The notes under the pieces were generated by a model. That model did not search any database, was not told where the DNA came from, and was given only the letters and a program-made list of their open reading frames with translations. A stretch of 64,000 nt of DNA, taken from NCBI GenBank assembly GCA_964016885.1, contig OZ024747.1, positions 21,700,001 to 21,764,000 on the forward strand, written 5' to 3'. Numbering within the stretch: position 1 is the stretch's first letter; the number at the start of each line of letters is the position of its first letter. A program made the position numbers and the translations under genes. This document shows positions 13,596-26,400 of this stretch, one piece after another. Origin of the DNA: Eledone cirrhosa. Taxonomy: Eukaryota.

Positions 13596-14029
13596 TATGT
13601 ATATATATATATATATATAAAACACATATGTACACACAGATACATAACTATGAATTAAAATTTCAGTTCATTAAATACAGAAGTCTAAGAGGGGTAAACA
13701 AATAAAAATTTATTTAACCTAGTTGCAGGGTATAAAAAATATATGAGACTAATATTCAAGGTGTTATCAAATACCTAATCAAGGATGTCTTCAGGTATAT
13801 TTAATCAGGTTAAAGGATTTTGTAAAAGAAAGAGTGAAAAGTTCTCTGTGGACAAGAAGTGATTATCTCATGCCTAGAGTTGGGAAGAATTTTAGAAGTA
13901 ATAATTTCAAATGCAGAATTAATAATATCTTACCTAGTAAACTATCATATATTATCATTTTTTAGATACCAGATTAATTTAGCTAAAGAAGTAGAATTTT
14001 TTAATTTTTCATTCTTAAAAGAATATCAC

Positions 14030-14222
14030 TCACTCTCACTCACTCATGAGCTGAGTTTCCTCGATCCAATGAACAGTACTCTTTCCATTTGTCTTAATCT
14101 AGCATTATCACTCCAACATCTGTTAAATTTCCTCCTGTGTCAGCATATAGCATATCCAGATATGTTGTTGCAGGATGACCGCTACTTCTATGACCATGTG
14201 CAGGCTTCCATAAAAGAACAGT
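14030..14222 (-). mobile_element. RTE/RTE-X LINE 3' fragment
   Basis: VLLWKPAHGHRSSGHPATTYLDML..DTG...MLD.DKW followed by a (GAGT)n tail. Confidence 0.7.
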
Positions 14223-14306
14223 TTTAAAATTATTTTCAGTAGCACCTTTATAATTATGATTTATTATATGTTGAGACCTCACACGTATATACAACATTAT
14301 TTTTAA

Positions 14307-14691
14307 GGCAGTGGATTGGCAGTATCGGTAGAGGGTCGGACGCCATGCTTTCCAGCATAGTTACGTCCCTTTACGATCTGAGTTCAAATCCCGCCGAGGT
14401 TGACTTTGCCTTTCATCCTTACGGGGTCGATAAAATAAAGTACCAGTAATGCACTGGGTAATTGCTGGCCTTGTGCCTAAAGTAGAAACAATTATTTTTA
14501 AGGCAGTGGATTGGCAGTATCGGTAGAGGGTCGGACGCCATGCTTTCCAGCATAGTTACGTCCCTTAACGATCTGAGTTCAAATCCCGCTGAGGTTGACT
14601 TTGCCTTTCATCCTAATGGGGTCGATAAAATAAGTACCAGTAATGCACTGGGTAATTGCTGGCCTTGTGCCAAAAAGTAGAAACAATTATT
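14307..14691 (+). mobile_element. Head-to-tail dimer of the young CORE-SINE
   Basis: Two full copies (starts 14307 and 14502); an ATTATTTTTAAGGCA-type word at all three junctions. Confidence 0.9.
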
Positions 14692-17210
14692 TTTAAGGCA
14701 ATGGCTCTTAAGTGGGCAAAAATCTGGGACCCTACATTTACAATTAGCTACTAGAATATAAGTATTTGGAGGTCTATTTACTGTATTAACCCTTTAGCAT
14801 TTAAACCGGCTGTATCCGGCCAGAATTCTCTCACATCTTTCTGTTCAAACTGGCTGTAGCTGGCTTCTCATACCTCCTACATTAAGGTATTGTTCTCAAA
14901 ATAAATAACATCTCGTAGATTTGATATTATGAATAGTAAATATAGAATAATGTAAATGCTAAAGTGTTATTAGCATCATAAATCAGTTCATTACTAACAT
15001 CAATATCATTACTGTTATTACATTCATTATCTAAAACTAGGGGATGGTTTGAATTGCTTATTATTATCTAGAGGAATTGGATGTTCTGATTTATATTTGT
15101 ATAACTTTCTGTGATTATTAAAACCCAAATACTCAGCTAAATTTGGTGTTGTAGAAAAGGATAATGTTCTTATTCATTACACTGAATTACTTATGATTTA
15201 GAGAGAAATTATTTTCTAAAATACTAAAAAATATTTTAGGTATATATGATGTTACTTGTACCTCCTATTGAAGATTAAACCAAATACATTTTTATACCTA
15301 TTTTTCTTTTTATTAAATAATTGAATAAATGAATCTTCGACCAATGAGACATTATTGTATGGTTGGTATTAGGAACGGCATCCAACCATAGAAAGTATGC
15401 CAAACAAAAGGCTGGGATGACCCACCAGTTGTGTCAAAGATGTGACAACCTCTCTATTGCTGGTTCCATGATAAAATGTACTTGGTAGAACACAGAACTG
15501 TATGTAAGTGAGATGTGAATCCCCCAGCCTGCCTGAGAGGTCAGTGGCTTCGCTTCAGTAAAGACTCAGTCCTTGAAAACCCATCCAACATTTGCTGGCA
15601 GGAAAAGTATATGTTAAATGATGATGATATTTGTGTGTGTGTGTGCACGCATGTGTGTGTGCATGCATGTGTGCATGCATGTGTGTGTGCACGCATGTGT
15701 GTGTGCACGCATGTGTGTGTGTTTGGGTAGTAGAGTATGTAGTATGTTAATAAATTCAATTTTCATAAACTAGATATTAAATTTCCATTAAATGTGTCAG
15801 TCTAAAAAAATAATATTCTTGCATTTTTTAACTATACTTATTCGGTTATTTATTCAGTTCAGCTTTTTACAAGAATTAGTAACACACACGAGGGTATTCA
15901 CATTTAGTCCCACATATAATCATAATGAAATTATTTGTGTGTGTTCTTTAATGGTGCACAGTGAGTGGTGAGATCGGAAATGTGAGTCAGTGAGTGTATG
16001 TCTGTAAGTATATGTGTATTCACAAATACAATACTACTGCTGTTTGTATTTCAAAGTTAATCATAACCGCAATGTTTTTTTTTTATATATATATATATAT
16101 ATATAAATCATACTGTCTGTATTTTATGATATGTATACATTGGCTTTTTAGAATAGGTAACCCTGCAAGTCATAACAGATGATTAGATATAATGTCACCA
16201 AAAAAAGCACCTGACCATGAATGACTGTTCCCCAAACTCCTCTCCGGCCGAGGTCAGGATAAAAAAAACAATGTATAAATTTTGACAATGATGAGGATAA
16301 AATCGGTTGTTTTCAGAATGTTAATGTTGTTTTATGTACCTAATATAACTGGAATGTTTAATCCTTAATGACCACATTTCTAATGAAATACAGTCTATTT
16401 TAATTAATTAATGAAGAATTTTGAGGGATTTATTAAAATTATTAATTATTTCATTACTAAGATAGTAACTTAATGTAGTAAGGTTCTTATATAAAATTAT
16501 TTTGGAAGATTTAAATTGGAAACCTTTAAAATGGGTTGTTTTATTTTATAGAACCAGAGCCAGTTTTTGACTGGGTTGGTAACCACTACATAATGTTGGA
16601 ATAGTCATGCTTGGTTGGGTTGGCTTAAGTTGATGAGGTGTCTATCTGCTGACAAAATGATGTTGATGGTCTGTAACACCTCAAGGTGCTGACAGAGTCA
16701 TTAGAGCATTGGATTTAAAATGCTTCAGTATTTGTTCTGGCTCACTGCACTTTCACTTCAAATCTCACTGAGATCAACTTTACCTTTCATCCTTTCGAGG
16801 TCAGTAAATAAACTACCAGTCCAGTACTGGCATTGGTTCTTCTCCTCTCTCTCCCCTCCTCTCTCTCTCTCTCTCTCTCTCTCTCCTTCTCTCTCTTTCT
16901 ATCTCTAGAAGAATTGGGTTGTGTTCAAACCTGAAGAGGAATAGGCGCCATCAAGTTGAAAATGCCCAAGACATGATGAATGTCAGGATGGCACCCCTAC
17001 AACTCCATTAAGAGTTAAGTGCTCTTTTCCTTCCTATAACTCCTTACCAGTGCTTCGCTGTGTCTATGGATAACACTCATAACTCTTATTTGGTTAATTC
17101 ACTTAATTATAAATAGGTACCAGCTATGGATTGATTCCTCTCAGCAATGATTCATTGTATCTATAGCCAAAACTTTGATTTGTTTTCATGCAATATTATT
17201 TGAGATCTTG

Positions 17211-17357
17211 TGCATTACTGGTACTTTATTTTATCAACCCCGTAAGGATGAAAGGCCGAGGTTAACTTTGCCTTTCATCTTTACGGGGTCGATAAAATAA
17301 AGTACCAGTAATGCACTGGGTAATTGCTGGCCTTGTGCCTAAAGTAGAAACAATTAT
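17211..17357 (+). mobile_element. 5'-truncated CORE-SINE with inverted duplication of the CORE
   Basis: Arms 17211-17256 and 17270-17315; flanking direct repeat ATTATTTGAGAT. Confidence 0.8.
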
Positions 17358-17652
17358 TTGAGATTTTGTTTTCTAAAGCAATATAATTAAATGGTGTAAT
17401 CACCTTTGTTTCTGGATCTCTGGATTTTCTTATATATATATATCATCATCATCATCATCATCGTTTAATGTCCATCTTCCACACTAGCATGGGTTAGATG
17501 GTTTTGTTCCATTTGATGCGGGAATGGTAAGGAGACCGTATCTCGCTCATACGGAAGAGTCTCTGGCAGGTATTTTACAGTTGGATGCCCTTCCTAACAC
17601 CAACCACATTTACAGTGTGGACTGTTTTGTGATCGACACAGTGGATGGAATG

Positions 17653-17755
<103 letters not shown>

Positions 17756-18704
17756 CCGATACAAATACAAAGTATGCGACTGAGACACCACCTGTTAGAT
17801 CAAGCCAGCAAGGGAGCCTCTAGGTGGTCGTTTGACCTGCGAGAAATAACAGCCAAATCCCTGTTTAGTCATATCTTATTGAATAACATAGTTCAAAATA
17901 GACTGGCTTAAAATATATGCATCTACGAATTGAACCAAAGGTTCTCTACATGATTGCTAGAGCCATTAGAAAACGTAGCTAAATCTCAAACAAATCACAT
18001 ACAACTTTTTTTTTTAAATTGAAAGACACATTACACAATGCAGTCCTTGATATACTACCTACCACTAATGTAATATTGATTGAACCACTATGGCAGTCAA
18101 TCAATACTACATAGGAGAAGTAAGCTATTGTAAGAGATATGTTAATTATCTTATATATAAACTGAGAAATATGAGACCAAAAAAAATCAATGTTAAAATA
18201 GGGTTGGCTTATATTTGAAGTCAATATTTTGATGATTTTCACTGTAAAAGTGACACCAAAATATCTGGATTGATACATAGGGATACTTCTGGTAATTTCT
18301 GTGAGTGAAAATAACAATATTTAAACAGTTTTATCATCATACTCATAATGTACACATTCAGAAAATATATCTGCAAAATATGCAACTTTACGGAAGTGAA
18401 GTTTGTAAAGATAAATTCTAATTCATGAAAATTTGTATTAACCCTTTAACATTTAAACCGGCCATATCCAGCCAGAATTCTCTCACCTCTTTCTGTTCAA
18501 AATAGCCATAACTAACTGCTCATACTGATGTTAATGTATTGTTCTCAAAATGAATAATATCAAAATCTCATAGATTCGATATTATGTAAGGTAAAGCCTT
18601 TACCACAAAAATACAATAGTAAATATAAAGTAATGTAAATGCTAAAGGGTTAATGATACATACACAATGTAAAAGAAAATAATCCAATGTTGATAGGAGT
18701 AGTT

Positions 18705-18896
18705 AATAATTGTTTCTACTTTAGGCACAAGGCCAGCAATTTGAAGGGGAAGGGGAAGTCAATTAAATCGACCCCAGTGCATTACTGAAAGGCAAAGCCA
18801 GCCTTGGTGGGATTGGACTCAGAACGTAAAGGGCTATAACTCTGTGCAGCAAAGCATGGTATCTGACGCTCTACTGATACTGCCAATCCACTGCCC
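18705..18896 (-). mobile_element. CORE-SINE (older subfamily) with TSD TAGGAGTAGTTAATAAT
   Basis: Reverse complement of the SINE consensus; direct repeats at 18694 and 18897. Confidence 0.8.
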
Positions 18897-18999
18897 TAGG
18901 AGTAGTTAATAATAATAAAAAAGAGAGGATAAGGAGAGAAAGGGCAAGAATTGTTAAGCAATGAAAGAAAGAGGGCAGTGGAGAGGGTGACAGACTCAA

Positions 19000-19165
19000 C
19001 AGCTAAGTCAGTCAGAGTGGTGTTTCTGCTGTGCCATGAACAATGGCCAGCAACACTCTCTGCAACAGCCACCCTACCTCGTGGGGCTCCTTCTTCAGAC
19101 AGACTGCTGTCATTCCAATTTTACTGAGGAGGTCAGCCGTACAGAGTCCAAGGATGCCAACTGAA
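19000..19165 (-). mobile_element. CRE-like (restriction-like endonuclease) non-LTR retrotransposon 3' fragment
   Basis: GILGLCTADLLSKIG...KEPHEVGWLLQRVLLAIVHGTA resembles the CRE C-terminus (..EPRE..FL.QR.S.A..RGNA). Confidence 0.55.
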
Positions 19166-19250
19166 ACATTGACATACACACATACAAATTTATAATCAAT
19201 CATAGACAGAAACATACTCACATACACTTACAACCACATTTACATAAACT

Positions 19251-19290
<40 letters not shown>

Positions 19291-19599
19291 ATATTTATTA
19301 TTTATTGTATACATAAACACGTTTCATTCGACTTGTATGTTAAATAAAAATCTCTTACATTTGGAAGATGGTGTTATTGTTGTCTGCTAAAAGAAGTTAA
19401 CAAAAATTTGAGAAATTTGTTGAAACTTTATAAAACGGATGAAATGGTAAAAAGTCATTATGTAATGGAGTTGCGAAACAAAAAAAACTATACTTTAAAT
19501 TAGACTAAAAACATTTAAGATATCAAAATATAAAGACCTCATAAAATTATTCTTTACTAATGGGAATTTAAAATTAAAAAAAACACTACATAAACATGA

Positions 19600-19715
19600 T
19601 ATATTGATTAGCTCCCTCAGCTTATACACAAGGTTTGGATTTTTGCCCATTTCTCAGACATAAAATGGAAGGGTAGGTTTATATTCAGATTGGCTTATAC
19701 ACAAGTATATATGGT
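19600..19715. mobile_element. pogo/Tigger-like terminus
   Basis: GCTTATACACAAG repeated, ending GGCTTATACACAAGTATATATGG|TA. Confidence 0.45.
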
Positions 19716-19907
19716 AATATAATCAGTGAGATTTGAAGAATTAGGCAGTGGATAGACAAAATTGGTAAAGTAAATTATTTGCTGTATTTAGTTACATCCA
19801 TTTAGATTCTGTGTTCAAATCCTGCCAGTGTCAACTTTGCTTTCATTTCTATAGGGTTGATGACATAAAGTATCACTCAGTACTGGGGTCAATTATTAGA
19901 AATCATT

Positions 19908-20185
19908 AGTGGATTGGCAGTATCGGTAGAGGGTCGGACGCCATGCTTTCCAGCATAGTTACGTCCCTTTACGATCTGAGTTCAAATCCTGCCGAGGTTG
20001 ACTTTGCCTTTCATCCTTACGGGGTCGATAAAATAAAGTACCAGTAATGCACTGGGTAATTGCTGGCCTTGTGCCTAAAGTAGAAACAATTATTATTAGT
20101 AGTAATATAAAATAAAGTACCAGTAATACACTGGGATAATTGCTGGCCTTGTGCCAAAAGTAGGAACAATTACTATTAGTAGTAG
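19908..20185 (+). mobile_element. Young CORE-SINE plus duplicated 3' half
   Basis: Near-identical to the 10001 copy; tail repeated at ~20109-20185. Confidence 0.85.
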
Positions 20186-21660
20186 TTTGTGTCAAACAGT
20201 TAATTCAGTAAACTCCTTTTACTAGTGGAATTAGTGTATTGGCAATATGAGCAACAAACTCTGTTAGAGTTATGAGCTCAGAGTAAACATTGATTTCCAT
20301 ACCCATTGGATTGATAAAATAAGTACTCCTTAATATATTGATTTCTTATTTAGTTATGGTGCAAAACAAACAAAGGAAAAAATGGAAAAAGAACTGCACA
20401 GTATACATGGAAGAATACAGTAGCAAAATCATTGAATTTTTGAAGTTTCTAGAAAGATCATTGAATTTTAGAAGTTAAGTCTGATCCTACATAGAATCAA
20501 AATGCTTAGTTATATCACTTTACCCTGCAGCTTTTTTTTTTTGCTTTTTTTTTCATTTTGACAAAGAGTAGAATGTACTCATGATGAAGTCTATGGTGAC
20601 AAAGTCCATCCCCTCTCCAGGTCAGAATACAACTGATTTCTTCCAGAGAAAGAGAGAAGGCGGAAGTGAGAAAGAAATATAAAGGAAGAGTCAACTCCAG
20701 TACTAAACTAGTACTTTTTTTTATTGACCTTGAAAGAATGAAAGTTGACCTTAGCAAGATTTGAACTCATAGAGCACACAGAGCAGAGCCAAAATGGATA
20801 ATTCAAAGTATTCTATCCAACATTCTACACTTGGAGAGTAGAATGGATTCAATCAGACACAGTGCCAGACTGATACTTATTTTCATCACTAACACCACTA
20901 TCAACCCCAGCTGGATAAAACCTAAAGTTGCCTGGTATGAGATTTAGTAAAAGAACATAAAAAATATAACTAAATATCTCCTAGTTCTTTGTCTATGGAT
21001 TTACTGATTCTGCCAATCCTACCACAGCTCAACCATTTAACACAGAAGCATGAGAATGAACACCTGAATATTTAGATGGAAAACATAATAACTGATGGAA
21101 AACAATTCTCTGGGACATGACCAATTGCTTCCTTTTCATGCCAGTCTTTCTTGAGACGTCTGGTATCATCCGTCCCCAAACTGACAAATTTCTCAAAAGA
21201 AAAAAAAATTAAATAATGAAAATAAGGAGATGGAGAAGGTAGGATCCTGTGAGATGGTTCGCAGATGCAGTGGGTAACACTGGCTGTTCTCCACAGAAAT
21301 AATTTTGCCATCTTATTCACAGGGTGCAGCAGTGATATACCATATAAAAAAAAAAAATTTCTTTCCTCAAGTTTATTATGTGAAATATTAATATAAATAA
21401 AATTTCTATGATTCAGTTTATTTTTTTTAAATACCAGAAATTATAGGTAAATTATTATTTTTTTTAACCTGTAACATTCGAGATGTTTGAGGAAGATTGG
21501 CTTTTGACAACGAGATTCTTGTCATTGTTGACGGTTAGACTTATTGGCATTTCAGATGATGCCCGCGAAGTTATTCCATCGCCTAAGCCTCGCGATCACC
21601 TGGCTTTACCGACGGATCAGGTGATGCCTGAAAGTGTTTCATTATTTCAGCACCTTAGCA

Positions 21661-21742
21661 CCTTTCATCCTTACGGGGTCGATAAAATAAAGTGCCAGTA
21701 ATGCACTGGGTAATTGCTGGCCTTGTGCCGAAAGTAGAAACA
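21661..21742 (+). mobile_element. 5'-truncated young CORE-SINE with 20-bp TSD
   Basis: TSD ATTATTTCAGCACCTTAGCA at 21641 and 21743. Confidence 0.85.
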
Positions 21743-23449
21743 ATTATTTCAGCACCTTAGCATCGCTATCATCCGCGGTTTGTATCAAATATTATTACAA
21801 AGAAATTCCAGTGGCCCATGTTGTGACGTGTGACTGAATGTGTCTTCTCTCACTTTTTTGTCTTCCATTTTTTATATATATTTTTAGTGCTTATTTGTAT
21901 GTATTCTATAATTGAGAGTTATCTCCCTTAGATTGTTATTTTCTTTTTAAAGAAAATTGAAGTTACCGTTTATTCAGAAGAGGACTCCAAGGTTGATGAT
22001 AGCGCTAGGAGAAAGTCTACTCAAACTGGAGACCTGTCCTGAATGCTCAATCGAACGACGGATTAAGTAAGCCACGACGGACTTTGAACTCAGAACGCAA
22101 AGCCGGAACAAAACTGCATGGCATCTAATACTACGAGTATCCACTACCCTAGACTGGTTGGTGTTGTTATTTTCTGACCTCCGTCGGTTCTGACGACGAG
22201 TATTCCAATTGATGCGATCAAAAGAACAGCCTTCTCGTGAAATTAACCAGCATGTGGCTGAGTATTTCATAGATACGTATACCTTTAATGTAACTCTGAG
22301 GAAGATTCAGTGTGACACAGTATGTGACAGCGCTGGCCCTTAGAATTACAAGTATAGTCCATCTGACGGGCTTCGAAACAGTTTCTGTCAACCACAAGAC
22401 TTGGGTTGACCCGAGGCAATGGTAAATGACACATGGCTAATATACTACATAGTGAGGTCAAACCCGGGACCTAATGAAAAATAGAAGGAAAAATATATTG
22501 TATAATATAACTCTAGGCTTAAAAAAAAAACTGGATAATCACTGCTAAAATACTTTTGATCATCGAACCGTTTGAGTAAAAATGACTTGGAAATAAACAA
22601 CAAAAATCATTTTCTTTTGAGAGTTCTTTTTCCTAAGAGAGATAACTCTTGAGTACACTGCTCATAAACATCAAATGTAATTTTTTAAAAATTAATGGTT
22701 TCTAATTTAGATTCAAGGCCAGCAATTTCGGGGATGGGGGCGGAGAAAATCGATTAAATCGAACTCAGTACTTCACTGGTATTTTATTTGGTAATTTTTT
22801 TAATTAATACACACGTTTCCGAGATGGGTGTAATTAAAAAAATATATCAATTTTAAAGGTAGTTTATAGGTTTGGTTAAAATTTTGAAGATGAAATTTTG
22901 TTTTTTGAGTGATTTTTTAAGTTTTGAATAAATATTGCCCTCAAAACCGTAGTAGATTACTTGCTTTTTTTTGTGTGTTCCTTTTTGTGTTTACAACACT
23001 CGACTCGATGATCGATGTATGAATAAAAAATTTACCCTTTATTTTATCGACCACGATAGGTGGAAAATCAAAGTTGACCTTGGCGGTATTTGAACTCAAA
23101 ATGTAAAGAGCCACAACAAATGCACAGAATATGTTAGCTAAACGATTAATTCTGTTTTTTGTTTTTAATCAAGGGAGACAACCTAGAAAAATTACCGCTT
23201 CTCCCGCCCCAAATATTTGGGACCCGAGAGTACCCATTTTCACTCACGAGGCATGGGTCGACCTGAGGCTATGATAAATGACAGCAAATGAACGCGTATA
23301 AATCAAAATAAAACACGTTTCTTCTATGATGGTAATAGTGATGGTGTTGCTAAGCCCAATAAATCTAGAGATAATAGACAATACAGAAAAGTTTAAAAAA
23401 CATATTTGACATCGTGTGTCGGCCCTCCGCTTACATTTGTGTATGTATC

Positions 23450-23633
23450 GGACCTCCGTCGGTTACGACGACGAGTGTTTCGGTTGATTCGATCAATGCA
23501 ATAGTCTGCTCGTGAAATTAACGTTCAAGGAGCAGGACATTCCACAAATGTGTACCCTTAACGTAGTCCTCAGGGAGATTCAGTGGGACAAGTACAACTC
23601 ATTTTTGCCAGCTGAGGGGACTGTAGCAACGTG
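23450..23633 (-). mobile_element. Third SINE family fragment
   Basis: GACCTCCGTCGGTTACGACGACGAG...CTCGTGAAATTAAC; related copies at 22176-22350, 24655-24950 (opposite strand) and 45670-45895. Confidence 0.65.
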
Positions 23634-24141
23634 AGAAGACTGTGGTGCCTACCTCGCAGGAGAAGTCGAAATCAGTATTCTTTAGCAGTCTGTATTCAAA
23701 GATCTGCGAATTTAATCAATAACAATTGTTATTGTCAAGGACACAGCGCAACACCTGTAAAACTTTGACAAGATGTGAACCGCCGACCTTTCCGTTCATA
23801 GAATAGCATATTATCGACTCATCTAACAGCGACTCTCCTTTTTTTCCTGAAAATAACAGCAAAAGACAAAACTTTGAGAAGATAAAAACTTTTTCTTCTT
23901 TTCTCAGCAACATAAAAACATAATAACCTTAAAATATAACGTTATCTGACCCTGAACCCTGACATGTTATAATAGAAAAAAAAATTGAGCTATAAGAATT
24001 AATTCGAAAAAAAAAAAGACAGGCATTATATAAGTAAAGATAAATATATAAGTATATATAAATAGATATAAATATCTATATATATATATAGAGAGAGAGA
24101 GAGAGAAAAGTGGGGAGGTTGCGGAGATGTGGGTTTTTTGT

Positions 24142-24150
24142 ACCGGAAGT
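24142..24150 (+). promoter_or_regulatory. ETS/GABP-type motif ACCGGAAGT in the putative MTAP promoter
   Basis: Exact ETS consensus ~70 bp upstream of the MTAP ATG; typical of housekeeping and bidirectional promoters. Confidence 0.5.
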
Positions 24151-24219
24151 TTTCTCAGACTTGTTCCTGATATCTTCAAACCGGTACGTTGTTTCGTTCT
24201 GCTCACAACAATAATTACT

Positions 24220-24234
24220 ATGACGAAACTAAAG
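24220..24234 (+). CDS. MTAP: MTAP exon 1 (MTKLK)
   Basis: ATGACGAAACTAAAG|gtttgt, phase 0, joins to IGII like human ...AVK|IGII. It lies just downstream of an ETS motif in a relatively CpG-rich patch. Very short, so less certain. Confidence 0.68.
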
Positions 24235-25371
24235 GTTTGTTGAATATTTCTTTTTTTGTCATCTCATAGACATTATTTTTGTTTTCTTTTTTTGTCATCT
24301 CATAAACATTATTTTTGTTTTCTTTTTTACCATGTATATTTATTTTTAATATTGGCACAATGCCAGAAATTGGGGAAGTATATTACATTGATACCAGTAC
24401 TTCGCTATTTTATCGAACTCCCAGAAGATCAAAAGCAAAGTTAACTTCGATTTGAACTCAAAACTTACAGATCCATACCTACTGCGAGGCATTTTGGGCA
24501 CATATTCATTGTAACGGTGGGGTTAACCTTTAAATTTGTTATACCTTTTTATTAAAAAATAACAAAAAGTCTTCGGATTTTTTCAACCAGAGATAAAAAT
24601 TTCGAAAAATATTTCTAATGTTAGACAAACAAAAATGAATAATAAGAAACTTTAATGGTAAGGTTTGTCTGGCGATCGTAAATTCGATTCCTGGAAGTGC
24701 GTTGTGTTCTTAAGAAAGACACTTTATTTCCCGTTGCTCCAGTTCAATCAGCTGGCAAAAAACATCAGTTGTACTTGTAATTCAAAGGGACATCTTTGTC
24801 ACACCCTGTGTTACGCTGGATCTCCCTGAGAATTATGTTAAGAGTACATGTTTCTGTTAAATACCCAGCCACTTGCACGTTAATTTCACGAGTAGGCTGC
24901 TCCATCGATCGAATTGATAACGAACATTCATTATTGGAACCGACGGAGTTCCATTTTTTTTTAAATATGTAGATATATTTCGTATGCATTTAAAATGTGT
25001 TTCTACCGATTTCTATTAACTATATTACTGTATAAATACATTTTGTTTGCATTTGTATTTGAGGAGGACTGGGAGGGGCAATTGCGGTCAAGGTGGACGT
25101 GGTTTTACTTTTTACCCACTGTATCGTCTTATGCCACCCTTCATAATTTATTCATATGAATCGATTATGGTTAATAAAGAAAATAAATCACTTGTAATTA
25201 GTTAACATATTTGTCTCTAATAAATTGTGTCTGAAACAACATTTTAAATATTCAGGAAGTGTAACAGCTGATATTTTCAAATATAAACAGTTTATATACT
25301 TCAAATGCAAGCAAAATATATTCATATACAAATAAAAGTACGACAGCTGTAAATCTCAACCCTTTTAAACA

Positions 25372-25860
25372 GATTGGCAGTATCGGTAGAGGGTCGGACG
25401 CCATGCTTTCCAGCATAGTTACGTCCCTTTACGATCTGAGTTCAAATCCCGCCGAGGTTGACTTTGCCTTTCATCCTTACGGGGTCGATAAAATAAAGTA
25501 CCAGTAATGCACTGAGTAATTGCTGGCCTTGTGCCTAAAGTAGAAACAATTATTATTGTGAATTGGTAGTATCGGTAGAGGGTTGGACGCCATGCTTTCT
25601 AGCATAGTTACGTCCCTTTACAGTCTGAGTTCAAATCCCGCCGAGGTTAACTTTGCCTTTCATTCTTACGGGGTCGATAAAATAAAGTACCAATAATGCA
25701 CTGGATAATTGCTGGCCTTGTGCCTAAAGTAGAAACAATTATTATTAACCGCCGAGGTTAACTTTGCCTTTCTTCCTTACGGGGTCGATAAAATAAAGTA
25801 CCAGTAATGCACTAGGTAATTGCTGGCCTTGTGCCAAAAGTGGAAACAATTATTATTATT
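25372..25860 (+). mobile_element. Tandem trio of young CORE-SINE copies in MTAP intron 1
   Basis: Copies start at ~25372, ~25558 and ~25749 (truncated); each follows the (ATT)n tail of the previous one. Confidence 0.88.
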
Positions 25861-26000
25861 ACTAGTAGCAGTGGTAGTGGTGTTGGTGCCGGCGCCAAAT
25901 TAGCTGAGTCGTCAGAAATTCGGATTTCGTTCCGGTCTTCTGCGCTCTGAGTTCCAATCCCACCGAGGTCGATAAAAAAAGTACCAGTCCTGTATTATGG

Positions 26001-26040
<40 letters not shown>

Positions 26041-26189
26041 TTGACACCTGGAAATGGGCTTGGCTCCATCAGGTTTAAAATGTCGAAACGACATATATTA
26101 CTGTGGCGCCCATATTACGTGTCTCTGCATTACCGAGCACAGCCCTGAGCGCCTTGGGTACGTGCAGTGGTGTTTCTACTGTATTGAGA

Positions 26190-26400
26190 GTGTTCGTAAA
26201 TATGTATATAGTACCTAGTAGTGCTATTTTCTATATATTTCTAAGTCCTGGAGTTTGGGTTATGTATCTGTGTGTGTGTGTGTGTGTGTTTTTATCACTT
26301 CCAGAGCACATCTTACAGCGATTGTTTCTGTTTTTGTCATCCACATTTGGGCTATTTCTATCTCCAGATCTATATTATTTTAGAATTTTGAATGATTAAA
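26190..26400 (-). mobile_element. R4/Dong-like non-LTR retrotransposon 3' fragment
   Basis: Degenerate TPGL.NI.KIALLGT.HI C-terminal motif; a possibly related relic at ~43090-43330. Confidence 0.5.

Noticed and set aside
23653-23799. In-frame TGA in a - strand ORF (…NNNCY*LNSQ…) as selenocysteine or edited stop
   Set aside because: No selenoprotein similarity or SECIS seen, and the frame stops 14 codons into the next candidate exon.
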